Below the pieces are notes generated by a model. The model saw only the letters and a list, made by a program, of their open reading frames with translations, ran no database searches and was not told the DNA's origin. 64,000 nt of DNA from Octopus sinensis (taxonomy: Eukaryota): NCBI RefSeq assembly GCF_006345805.1, contig NC_043010.1, positions 38,936,001-39,000,000 on the forward strand, read 5' to 3'. Below, piece after piece: positions 1 through 12,787 of the stretch. The position numbers were made by a program, and so were the translations under genes. Within the stretch, counting starts at the first letter, position 1. The number at the start of each line of letters is the position of its first letter.

Positions 1-322
1 ATGGTCGTGAATGATGTTCTCCACGGACCCTACACTTATTATCACACCTTGGGTAGTTGCCGAAAAGTTATGCGGTGATCCTCTAAAATGGTGGCTTCCA
101 CTTTATGAAAGATGCGTCATCAACGGAGTGTGGCCGTCCGGGAATAGGAAGAGTATGCACCGATGTTCGACCACATTTTAACTGGTAATGACAGTGCTTG
201 ACTCAGACGTATGATGGTGCATAGTCACGATAAATTTCTTTCATTTCATTGAAAGTGTCTTTTGGTGTACGACCTCTCAAGTACAAGTACGTGATCACTG
301 ATCTGCATTCAACTGTCACCAT
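1..322 (-). mobile_element. Mariner transposase N-terminal remnant (stop and frameshifts; runs off the window start)
   Basis: Manual translation from ATG at 322: MVTVECRSVITYLYLRGRTPKDTFNEMKEIYRDYAPSYV*VKH...KCGRTSVHTLPIPGRP...KVEATILEDHRITFRQL...ISVGSVENIIHDH. This matches the mariner HTH region (Himar1-like MEKKEFRVLIKY...SGRP...). Confidence 0.75.
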
Positions 323-794
323 TGTAATACCTTAGTCAACTTCAGCAGCCGTAAAAGACAAAACGAAAACTAGTGGTAAACTGCAATTTACAATGTGACA
401 TGTAGAGACACGCATGATTATACCTATGCAAGTTTCGTTTCCTGCAATAAAAGAACGTGCGACAGTGGAAATATTTAATGTACACGCTTCGTAGATCCAA
501 TTTAATATGTGACAGGAATAAGACTATATATAAATGAACAAAAATAGAAACAATAAAACCAGAATCAGTTCCATACTTGAAAATAGGAAAGATCTAGAGT
601 ACTGGTAGAATAAGTGCGAATATATTTAATATGACGAAGCATACATTGAAGAGCGAAAGGAAAAGGAGAAAGTATAAATGGCTACATAAATAGCACAATA
701 TGAACGTGATGTTATCTAAACGGATATAGACATCCTGTCACCTGCGACTCTATTGAGGTCCATTATGGTATCAAACACGAAGTTCACAGATATA

Positions 795-1360
<566 letters not shown>

Positions 1361-1649
1361 TAGCTATGTAGCAATTGAAGCTTCGAAGATATTTGTTAGC
1401 CATTCAAACAACAAACCGTTAGATTCACTTCAACATTTAGATTTACTTTGTGTCAAAACATTTTCGATGCTCTGAAACCGTGACCTGTTCACTGACAAAA
1501 CTTCGTGCTGCATCTGTCTGTTCTTAAACAAATTACAATCATATTCCACGTTGCAATTGTATTTGTTCCAGCACACGATCTCAGATCAAGTTACTTGCTA
1601 TGCAAGAGCTTCTCCGTAACTTAATTTTCATTCGTGTCCGAATTTTTCA

Positions 1650-3290
1650 TTGCTCAACCGGTATTACAGACAAACTTTATCCAGGACAGACACCAGCTGA
1701 CAGACCATATTTAACTAACAGAATATTTAATATGAAACTTAGGGATCTCTTGCATGATATTTTGAAGAAGTATGTTTGGGGAGAGGTTACATGGTACATG
1801 TAGACTATAGAGTTTCAAGGTGGTGGACAATTTCATTGTCATATATTCATATTAAAAAAATGGTCCAGAACATTATGATAAATTTGTTAATGCAGAACTT
1901 CCAAATTTACAAACACAACCAATTCTGTTGCAGCATATCACCAAAAGCATGTTACACGGTCCATGTGGAAGAGATAAACCCAATGCAACATGCATGGTTG
2001 ATGGGAAATGTAAAAAAACATTGGATCTTTTCGGTTTGAACGGCAGTTTTTTAAAATAATTTGCACGTAACTAAAGACTTTTAAACTTCGTATACTGGTA
2101 GAATGTGTTTATAAAACATCTTTTTCTCTTGTCTTTATTGAGAAAATACAATAGTTTGTAAGATATTTGTTGTTTTTTTTCTTCAATTTCTGCAATTTCA
2201 ACCAATCAATGACGTCTATTTTAGGTGAAAACGTTCTGTGCCGTATGAATATGTCTCTCGTTTAAGAAACAGGTTGGGTTTATTTACATTTGTGAAGAAA
2301 AAAAGATACCTTTCCCTCCACCGCTAACCCTAACACTAACCTTAACTAACCCTAACCCTAAATCAGATTGAAGTGCAATAGATCGATACTAGGGTCATAA
2401 TTATGGGTGACAATTTCATATGACACCGCTAGAAAATAACTGCCGTTCAAACCGAAAAGATCCAAAACATTTCCCTAAAGACTTTCAGGAAAATACATTA
2501 CACAGTTATCATGCCTATCCACTTTATCGTCGTCGAAATAATGGTTTTACATTTACAAAGTCTAATGTTGAATAAGATAATCGTTCAGGAGTATCATATT
2601 CCTCCTTCCTTTCAATCAAATATGAAGGTCATTGTAATGTAGAGATATGCCCATCTGTAAAATCGGTTAAATATAATTAGCAAATAAATTCATAAAGATC
2701 ATGGTCCGGTGACAGTCAATATTGGTGGACAAACCAATGCCCAACAAACACCCAGAGATGAAACTGAAAATTAAATCAATGGCCGCTATGTATCCTCATC
2801 AGAGACAGTCTGGAGGGTTTTATGGTTCAAATTACATGGTTTATATCCTGCAGTCCAACACCTTACAATTCATTTATTCCCAACAACAAAACATTTACTT
2901 TAATGATGATATTGAACATATTATCCAAACACATGACAAGTCCACTTACACAATTCTGATTTCCCTGAATTTTACACATGGAATAATAATCAGAAAATGT
3001 GACATCTCTGAAAAACTAATACACACTCAACTAGGCGTATCTACTTTCTTTCACCAAAGGAACAAGAGTGACTCAATCTGAGAGCTTTATTCTATCATAT
3101 TCCCGAAGTTAAATCATTCGAAGATATGAAGACTAGTGATGATGAAGTTTGCCATAATTACAAAGAGACTGCAACGAAACTGGTTTCAGCACATGATGAC
3201 CGGGAATACTATCGGACTATGGAGTTTGCAAATAATTCATTTATCCATATCAGCTGCGAAGACTTTTCTGCTCCATTCTTATTTACTGCA
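1650..3290 (+). mobile_element. Decayed Helitron Rep (HUH replication initiator) region, split by a MITE at 2021-2465
   Basis: Translations GQTPADRPYLTNRIFNMKL..TIEFQGGGQFHCHIF..HGPCGRDKPNATCMVDGKCKK | HFPKDFQE..YPLYRRRNNG..KYEGHCNVEICPSVKSVKY..GRYVSSSETVWR..KSFEDMKT..DDREYYRTM follow the Helitron Rep motif order. Several stops and frameshifts. Confidence 0.85.
2021..2465. mobile_element. 445-bp MITE with 28-bp perfect TIRs and internal CCCTAA-like repeats
   Basis: TTGGATCTTTTCGGTTTGAACGGCAGTT (2021-2048) is the exact reverse complement of 2438-2465. AACA lies on both flanks. The Helitron protein sequence resumes across it. Confidence 0.85.
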
Positions 3291-3376
3291 TTCTATGTGT
3301 ATACTTATGTATATATATTACACATTTTTATGATACAATGTAAAATACGCTTGCTTAAAGATCGTATTCACACTAG

Positions 3377-3448
<72 letters not shown>

Positions 3449-3483
3449 ATTATATGTAAGTATATATATATACATGGATGGAC

Positions 3484-3836
3484 GCACTCCGTCGGTTACG
3501 ACGATGAGGGTTCCGGTTGATCCGAAATTAACGTGTAAGTGGCTGAGCACTCCACAGACACGTGCACCCTTCACGTAGTTCTCGGGGATATTCAGCGTGA
3601 CACAGAGAGTGACAAGGCCGGCCCCTTGAAATACAGGTACAACAGAAACAGGAAGTAAGAGTGAGAGAAAGTTGTGGTGAAAGAGTACAGCAGTGATCAC
3701 CACCATCCCCTGCCGGAGCGTCGTGGAGGTTTTAGGTGTTTTCGCTCAATAAACACTCACAACGCCCGGTCTGGGAATCGAAACCGCGATCCTATGACCG
3801 CGAGTCCGCTGCCCTAACCACTGGGTCATTGCGCCT

Positions 3837-3838
<2 letters not shown>
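3484..3838 (-). mobile_element. tRNA-derived SINE, head A + tail 1
   Basis: Minus-strand head GGAGGCGCAATGACCCAGTGGTTAGGGCAGCGGACTCGCGGTCATAGGATCGCGGTTTCGATTCCC has pol III A/B boxes. Near-identical copies at 14397-14781 and 31348-31732. Confidence 0.85.
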
Positions 3839-3889
<51 letters not shown>

Positions 3890-3902
3890 TACATATATAT
3901 TA

Positions 3903-3948
<46 letters not shown>

Positions 3949-4871
3949 TAATATATATATATATATATATTACATATAAGAGACCAAAATGTACGTACGC
4001 TGCTATATATATATATATAGCGACGTACGCTTTCATTTCGCGGTTTAACGATTTTAGAATAGGCGCATCTAACGACTGTGTAATTTTGCTCGTGGGGGCG
4101 AACATCCATTCTCGTTGTGGTCGAACACGGAACCTTGTGAATGCGAAGTGAAATTTTAACTCCACGACCTTGCATAGCCTGAGTAGTAAGATTGTTGCAT
4201 CTGTACACCGCACTAACTAACAATGCCACAAACAAAATATCTGAAGAGAATAACATCAAAAAATACCAAGCAAAATCGCAAAGTATATACAGTTGTATTA
4301 TATAAATGAAAATGTAATAAACTTTGAAACTATTAAATATGAAGTTAAAACAAACCATAAACGTATATGCAGTATCATGTAACAACACAGCAGGAAAGCA
4401 CTTACTGAATCACACCTTACTAGACAATAACCATAGCACAATATTATATTTTCATACGGTAACACGGAGAAAAATAAATCGCAAAGCAGAAAGTTTAATT
4501 AGTCACGGTCATAGGGTTTAGAATTTTGTACACGAAAGCTGAGATCTATAAATAGAATGATTAGAGACATTTTAATATTTCCACTTATTATGCTATAATG
4601 AACAGCGTTGAATAATCAATTGTAAACTTTAAAAACGTACTTAGCCAGACACAGACGCACACGCACGCACGCGTGAGAACACATTCACATAGGCATAGTC
4701 CTATGGTCACATAAGCAGACACATATATCGACAAACAGATACGTGCGCAATGTTCGTAAGTATGTTTATATCTGTAGTATAGCAGCTACGACAAGTGTCT
4801 TTTACTGAAGCCTCAGGCCGACTAAAACCTTGTGGGTGGACTTGGTAGGTGGAAACCTAAAGAATTCCGTC

Positions 4872-4922
<51 letters not shown>

Positions 4923-5017
4923 TTGTAAATATAAATATATATAATATATATGTATATATAATATATATGTAATGTATATATTATATATATAATATATATA
5001 TATATACTATATATATA

Positions 5018-5055
<38 letters not shown>

Positions 5056-5061
5056 TATATA

Positions 5062-5137
5062 CAGTAGAACCTCAGTTTTGAACAACTCTGATCACGAATA
5101 AATCGTGCTTTATATCTATCTATCTATCTATATCTAT

Positions 5138-5177
<40 letters not shown>

Positions 5178-5213
5178 ATATCTATCTATCTATCTATATA
5201 TCCATCTATCTAC

Positions 5214-5248
<35 letters not shown>

Positions 5249-5632
5249 ATATATATATATATATTATATACTAAGCAATAAAGGGTTTAGCAACGAATTG
5301 CCTTACCACATACCGAATTTAGAAATAGCAGTCAAAGAGTTATAGCTATAGTAGAAGAAATAGCTATAACTCTTTGACTGCTATTTCTAAATTCGGTATG
5401 TGGTAAGGCAATTCGTTGCTAAACCCTTTATTGCTTAGTATTACTTAAATTTTCCTCGAATGAGGCTTTTACATGCCGAAGACTACTTGGTGTAATTGAT
5501 AATTATTCCAAATTAATTAATTTCACCCTTCATTATTACGGATTTATATATATATATATATATATATTCATATCTGTATAAAGCACGATTTATTCGTGAT
5601 GGGAGGTGTTCAAAAACTGAGGTTCTACTATG
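5062..5632. mobile_element. Tc1/mariner-type MITE with ~53-bp TIRs; centre expanded by microsatellites and a fold-back insert
   Basis: TA|CAGTAGAACCTCAGTTTTGAACA..CACGAATAAATCGTGCTTTATA (5062-5114) is inverted at 5577-5632 with a few mismatches. TA flanks; exact right end ambiguous. Confidence 0.7.
5268..5441. repeat. Perfect inverted repeat, 82-bp arms, 10-nt spacer
   Basis: 5268-5349 is the exact reverse complement of 5360-5441; spacer AGTAGAAGAA. Confidence 0.95.
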
Positions 5633-5674
5633 TATTTATATCGGTGGTGGGGAATAGATACAGACACTAAGACA

Positions 5675-5739
<65 letters not shown>

Positions 5740-6281
5740 ATATTATAATATATAATATATATATACATACATATATATATTATATATACATTATATATAT
5801 ACATATTATATATATATATATTATATATATATAATACACGACGACTATCCGCATTTAAGAAACTAAAATGGCACTAGTACAAATATCCCTACAGTGACTA
5901 AAAGTGCAGATGAACACCAGCATTGGTACACGTAATGGTTAAAACAACTCTTAGCCACTGGCAAGCACTTCTCTCCTGACTGAAAATGGAATCCAAACTC
6001 CACAAACAAGCGAAGGGTGTGATATCATTGACGATTTCGGATTGAGGAGTTGTGTTGATTCTTATTTCTAGTAATTGCTGCTGATTTTCACCTGTAGTCA
6101 CTCTAGAGACGTTTGCATGTGTTTGTATGCGTGTGTATGCATACATATATATATACATATATATATAATATATATATATATATGTATTTGTACATTTTTA
6201 TCATTATTCTTTTGCAAAAAACAATGCAATTTTCTTTTTTACCCCTTTCTAATTAAAAAAAAAAACCTTTTAAAACATAAA

Positions 6282-6322
6282 TATTCTTGACAAGTCATAC
6301 AATGACGAAAACCGGTTGAATA
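6282..6322 (+). ncRNA. Minimal type-I hammerhead ribozyme, U3-A8 core variant (one extra A in GAAA)
   Basis: TATTC-TTGACAA-GTCAT aca ATGAC-GAAA(A)C CG GT T-GAATA: helix I 5 bp, helix II 5 bp with G10.1-C11.1, palindromic ACCGGT, GUU triplet. Confidence 0.55.
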
Positions 6323-6409
6323 AATATATATTTATATAGTTTATCAATTTCTCATTTTATTAAAATTTTCTTTCATTTGAGCATTCTGCATTAAAAAAAT
6401 TTTTTTCCT

Positions 6410-6479
<70 letters not shown>

Positions 6480-6799
6480 ACACAAACACACAAATACATA
6501 CAAACGTAGCAATTGCATCGTGGATTAATTTCTTTAGCTTTTCAAGTCATTTCGGAGAACATATTCAAATGTCACTTGTTTCTGAAGAGCGAAAATAGCT
6601 AAATCCTTTTTCTATATTCTCTAATTATTTTAACGTTCGAAAATGTGAAAACGAATCAAATACAATTTTTTAAAAACCATTAAACCAAAGAAAAGCTAAA
6701 CACATAGAGTGGAAAAATAGAAATTAAATAAAAGACGCAAATGCCTCGAAATATCTTCCAGTGGCTCCCGATTAACAACTATAATGCAAGGATGTCATT

Positions 6800-6839
<40 letters not shown>

Positions 6840-6995
6840 ACACACACACACACACACACACGGATACATGAGCAGGCATGCTTTTTTGTAAGAAGTTTCC
6901 TTTCCACCGATAGGGGTTCAGGTTCAGTCCCACGTTGTATCATCTCAGGCCAGTATTTTCAACAAAAACCCGGGCCGAAAGAAGACATGAGTGGA

Positions 6996-7057
<62 letters not shown>

Positions 7058-7301
7058 TGTGTGTATATTTGTGTGTGTATATGCGCGTGTATGTTTTTTT
7101 TTGTTTGTGTGTGTGCGTGTGTAAAATTAATATAAACAAAAGGTTGCAATGTTTCACCAAAAGGGAGAATTATAATTGTCACTAAATCTGATTAGGGTTT
7201 AAAAAGCAACTACATTGCTAGAAATAAGAGCTAAACTGTTCTAATGCTGTAGTTAACGCACATGAATGAAAACATGTACACTAACAGGAGAATTTTTAAG
7301 A

Positions 7302-7334
<33 letters not shown>

Positions 7335-7335
<1 letters not shown>

Positions 7336-7412
7336 TGAAGAGCGGCTATATTTAAAATGAATTGATTTTAATGTTATTAGTTCTTAAATATAGCCACGAA
7401 ACACGTGTAGTC
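7335..7412 (+). ncRNA. Minimal type-I hammerhead, canonical core, long helix II, helix I 5' strand eroded by (TA)n
   Basis: CTGAAGA-G c GGCTATATTTAA...TTAAATATAGCC a C-GAAAC ACGT GTA. Helix II has 12 perfect bp; helix III is the palindrome ACACGTGT. Confidence 0.65.
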
Positions 7413-7576
7413 TTTTTACCAAATATATACGTTTCATTTATTATTTTGTACATTACTTAATCATTGGTATATGTTTTTATCTTATATTTAATTTTTTTCT
7501 ATAGGATGTAATTTCTTTCTATATTGTATCATTAAATGTTTTTCATTGTTGAATTTGATAAAATATATTTTTTCAA

Positions 7577-7615
<39 letters not shown>

Positions 7616-8414
7616 TACACAAACTCTCACACACACTCTCTCTTTCTCTCTCCCACACAAACACACACACAACAAGCTAATCTCGAACAGTCAGAATGAG
7701 TATTCAAAACCACTTTTGTGGATAAGTATTCTTTATTGTGCCTTAATCAGTACTCTCATCCAAAGTGGAGACAATTACCAACGTTCCCATGTGATACGCT
7801 TGCACAATTGTAAAGAACCTCGTTACTTGAAACCATCGGTAGCCTTATTAATCCGAAAACTGTGTGTGTGTATGTGTGTGTGTGTGTTTGTGTTTGTGAA
7901 CCATCATAGTTTCACTGTTTTAAATTGCCTACGTCCCTGTTAACTTAGCGGTTCAGCATAACACTATTTACCTTATCGTCAGTCCACTCGTGCTATTAAT
8001 ACTCAGAACTAGAATACAGACTAGCTGAAGAGCACGCAACTTTTTACCAGCCAGAATTGTACCAAAGCTTTTTCATTCAAACACATTTTGAAGTGTACCA
8101 AGAAATCAACCCTTCTTACTTTTTATGCTATTTCTGTAGATGAATCACTTCGTTTTATGCATTTAAAGATACTGGAATAAAATGATGTATCGGCTTGATG
8201 TGTTCTAAGAATATTAGCAGTGAATATGTTATTAGTAGACACTACATTAAACAGTAATATCTGAAATAAGATCTGAGTTTCGACATTCCCGAAACTTATC
8301 TCTTTTGTTTTAAACCCATGCAATATTTAAAATTTAATTGGAAATCAGACTTTTTATGCAAAGAAAGTTATGTATGCACCAATGCAACTATGCTGCTCTC
8401 TAAATCTGTACATA

Positions 8415-8450
<36 letters not shown>

Positions 8451-8488
8451 ATTTTTCTATAAAAACTGCATAAACATCATAAAAAAAT

Positions 8489-8526
8489 CTGTGACTAAGA
8501 GTTTTACGTTCCCGTTCGTCAGACAG
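8489..8526 (-). ncRNA. Decayed hammerhead motif (G12 to A)
   Basis: Minus strand CTGT-CTGACGA-ACG ggaa CGT-aAAAC tctta GTC-ACAG. Helices I, II and III all pair; one core substitution. Confidence 0.5.
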
Positions 8527-8562
8527 TGCGATTCCGTGTGTATACGATACATATATACACGT

Positions 8563-8682
<120 letters not shown>

Positions 8683-9007
8683 ATATAATGCGTGTGTGTT
8701 TTTTATGTGTGTGTACGTATATGTATGTATAAATATATATATATATATACCAGAGAGAGGAATAGAAAGGGATTAGGTAAAATAGAATATTTGATATATT
8801 ACATTGTAGTTGAAGATATAATTTTTCTCTCAGAGAGATTTTTCTTCATGTAGATTCTTACATATGCAGGCAGGTATGTAGACACGCATATATAAGCAAT
8901 AATACAGGCCACTGTACGTGTGTGTTGTATATACGTGTATGTATATGAATTACACAGCTTTACGTACATTAATATATATAGACATATATGTAGATATATG
9001 TTATAAT

Positions 9008-9054
<47 letters not shown>

Positions 9055-9240
9055 GTATGTATGTATGTAAAAGTATATCGCTATTCATGTGTATCCTTAT
9101 CAATACACACGCACACACACAAATATATATAGAGGGAAAGATACAGTGAGATAGATAAATAGACAGGTATATATATATTACGTATCTATATGTGGGTATA
9201 TATATGTATATGTTTACATACAGCATAAACACACACACTT

Positions 9241-9294
<54 letters not shown>

Positions 9295-9539
9295 TCTATA
9301 TATATATATATATATATATGTATATACATATATATACGTAATGTACTGATTTGTGGTAGAGAATTCAACAAAAAGTGTACTCCATCTGGTGAAAGATAAT
9401 TATTATTTTATACCTACATAAATAGATAGTCAGACAGATAGATGGGGTCTTGTACGGGAATGGAAGGGGAACGAGGTAAAGAAAAGACAGTAAAACTGTT
9501 GGAAGCAGATAACAAAATAAAAGTTATCTACAGAAAGAA

Positions 9540-9561
9540 AAAATAATTCTCTCTCTCTCTA

Positions 9562-9601
<40 letters not shown>

Positions 9602-9626
9602 TATATATATATATATATATATAATA

Positions 9627-9715
<89 letters not shown>

Positions 9716-9722
9716 GTATATG

Positions 9723-9766
<44 letters not shown>

Positions 9767-9781
9767 CGTATATATATATAG

Positions 9782-9866
<85 letters not shown>

Positions 9867-9870
9867 CATG
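9540..9870. repeat. Long (TA)n array
   Basis: Read directly; about 300 bp of nearly pure TA. Confidence 0.95.
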
Positions 9871-10642
9871 TATATTATATACTATACATACTGTATAAAA
9901 TTGGAAACGGGAACGACAATATAAGATTCATTGAATCTTATTAAATGTTTGACGAACTATAGTTTAACGTACTTGCACATACAGGTGCACGCACACATTA
10001 TATATATATATATATATATATAGTATATATATATATATATATATATACATATATATTATATATATATAATATACATACATATGTATACACAGTCACACAC
10101 AACATAATACAAGTACATGCACACACACACACATATATGTATATATATATATATATATATGTATTGTACATATACACGCGTATGTGTGCGCCCGTGCGTT
10201 TGCATTTGTGTACGTCAGACATATAATATCAGAGCATTGATTCCATTCTGGTGATAAAACTTCAGTTTGCCAATATCTTTCAAAAAGTTGTCGTAAACAA
10301 ACCGGAATTAGTAACAATTTTCTTTTTCTTTCCTTCTTAGTTTTTTCTTCCTTAAACCCAAATAATCAATTTGATACATCGTTCATTATTATCGTAGAAC
10401 GTGTATAGTTTTTCCATTTACAAAATATTGAGCATTGTTTCGGGAGTATGCCAATATTGAATATATACATACAAACATACATAAATACATACACTCACAC
10501 ACACATATATATGCACATAGATACCATATATATACATACATATATATACATAGATACATATATATATATACATATATACACATAGATTCATCTATATATA
10601 TATATTTATATATATATACATACATACATATACACATAGATA

Positions 10643-10699
<57 letters not shown>

Positions 10700-10989
10700 C
10701 ATACATATATATACATTTATATACATATATATATATACATACTTACATATATATACATATATAAATATACATATATATATATACATATATAAATATATAT
10801 ATGTGTGTGTGTGTCTGTATACAGATTTATAAGCACATACGCACACACACAGAGATGAATTACTTGAAGGGATATCCTACGCTCTCCCTTATTCCGTTTA
10901 TGTCTTTTACACATAGTTTTTTTTTTATGAGAATGATTTAGTTTTCTATATTTATTTAATTTTCTATATTGTTTCCACTTATTTTTGCC

Positions 10990-11290
10990 CTAGTTCAGTG
11001 GATTTCTCTCAGGCATTTGATCAGAAGCTTTCCATCTGTGATAGCATCGCCTGTTTGTTTCTCAGAAACAACATTATCGTTTATTTTTTATCTTTTAATC
11101 AGGACAAAACGCGTGTCCGTATCCTTTTACCGGGTCTGGCAGCAGTGGTGGAGAAATATAGCCTCGGACAGGAACCGGTCAGTATATTTCAAACATACTA
11201 TAATTCCGTTAATGGCTTTCAAGGTTTCAAGAGGTAGTAGTGGTTGTCTAAATTCGAACGCAATAACTGCATGGCATCTATTCAGATATT
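10990..11290 (+). mobile_element. Possible highly decayed non-LTR reverse transcriptase fragment
   Basis: MDFSQAFD..FLSFNQDKTRVRI weakly resembles LDFSKAFD..FLSDRKQRV of CR1-type RTs. Confidence 0.3.
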
Positions 11291-11859
11291 TCTACAGTTT
11301 CCTCAATATAAACGATCATGGATTGTTATTTTGTTTTATTAACCGCGAGAGGATGTAAGTCAGCGCTCACCTCATCAGGATGTGATGTTAGAATAAAAAA
11401 AAAAAAAATCTAAAGAAATACTGCGTGGCATTGTGTCTCACTGTTATTATTCCCAATCCACCGTTTGTCTATTGTTTTCTTTATATGTCGGAATGAGAGT
11501 GAAGGCAAATATGGCTTTTATGCCATGCAGGTTCTTTTGCTCGACTGCAATTTTTTTCTGTTCATCTAAATTGTGGATTGGCAGAAACTAATACACTAAG
11601 TGGCGTTTAGTCTCACTTGTTAATATTCTACGTTCATATTACACCAAGAACACCATTCATTTTTTCCCTCTCTGCATGGTGAAACGAGGCCAAAAATATT
11701 ATCATTCAAGTATTGCGACGCATCTCACAATATTAAGGATGGTGATATTTTTCTATTTATAAGGTGACGAGCTAGCAGAATCGTTAACGAGACGGATAAA
11801 AGGTTTTGTAGTATTTCGTCCGTCTTTACGTTCCGAGTTTTTTTTGAGACCCCTTCGGT

Positions 11860-12151
11860 CATGACTGACCATGGCATTGCACCAAGAAAGTCACCCTCGC
11901 AGGCGCAAGTCCGGGCAAGGTTGTTTATGGAAGACCAGAAGTCGCCCATGCCACCAGTGTTATCCAAGGGAAAAGCATAGGTCGATACAGCTTGGCACCT
12001 GTGACGTCACAACTCATTTCTACAGGTGAGTGAACTGGAGCAACGTGAAATATAGTGTCTTGCTCAAGAACACAACACACAGCCCGGTCCGGGATTCGAA
12101 CTCACAACGTCACGATCGTAATTTCGACGATCTAACCAGTGAGCCATGCAC
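11860..12151 (-). mobile_element. tRNA-derived SINE, head D with a distinct tail
   Basis: Minus-strand head ..TGGCTCACTGGTTAGATCGTCGAAATTACGATCGTGACGTTGTGAGTTCGAATCCCGG..GTGTTCTTGAGCAAGACAC is shared with 49361-49680. Confidence 0.6.
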
Positions 12152-12745
12152 TACAAAATCTGACCCTGAACTTAGTGATATCATCACAAAACAGGAATAT
12201 GTTTCAAAAGTTAATTATCTCATTTAAAAAACAAAAAGCAACCGCTGAAGATTTACTTTCGGCAGAAGATTTCGCCACTCTCAGCCTAACGTCTAGAAGT
12301 ACAACCAGTCGCTTTACTTGGTAGCATGTAACACGCTTTCGTAAATTATTTTTGGTGTTCATGTAATCACGAAAAGACTAGACCTTCTCTCAGACTCGTC
12401 ATCCTTCTTCCACTGCAATATAGAGGGTGCATCAACTACGGGGGTGTGGGGATGAGATGCCTGCACTAGAACTCTGATGGTGCTAATTATTGCTCAGTAT
12501 AATTCTTTTCTACTCAATGCAATTTAGAGTGATAAGAACATGTAGCGCACCATGTGCGTAGTTGAAAGACTCATCAAACAGGTATGAAACACACCAACCT
12601 AACAGTTGTCTCTTTTTACACAGATGGCAAAAGTATATCCTATTTAGTTGATTTACTTTTTTAAACGTGTTAATTTTCCATTACTCCATCATAATATTGT
12701 GCGTTTACTTCGTGATTCGATTGTCCTTGTTTACGTTGAAATCAA

Positions 12746-12787
12746 GGCCGCGTTGAGGACGTCTATTTGGACCGAAACAAGTCCGGT
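12746..12787 (+). ncRNA. Strongly decayed hammerhead-like motif
   Basis: GCCG..TTGAGGA c GTC tatttg GAC c GAAAC aa GTC CGGT. Helices are recognisable but the core carries an insertion or substitution. Confidence 0.3.

Noticed and set aside
3770-3838. tRNA gene
   Set aside because: A/B boxes are present but there is no complete cloverleaf, and it continues into a multi-copy SINE body.
4020-4213. ITQSLDAPILKSL resembling the pogo/Tigger QPLD motif
   Set aside because: A single short weak motif with no other transposase motifs or TIRs.
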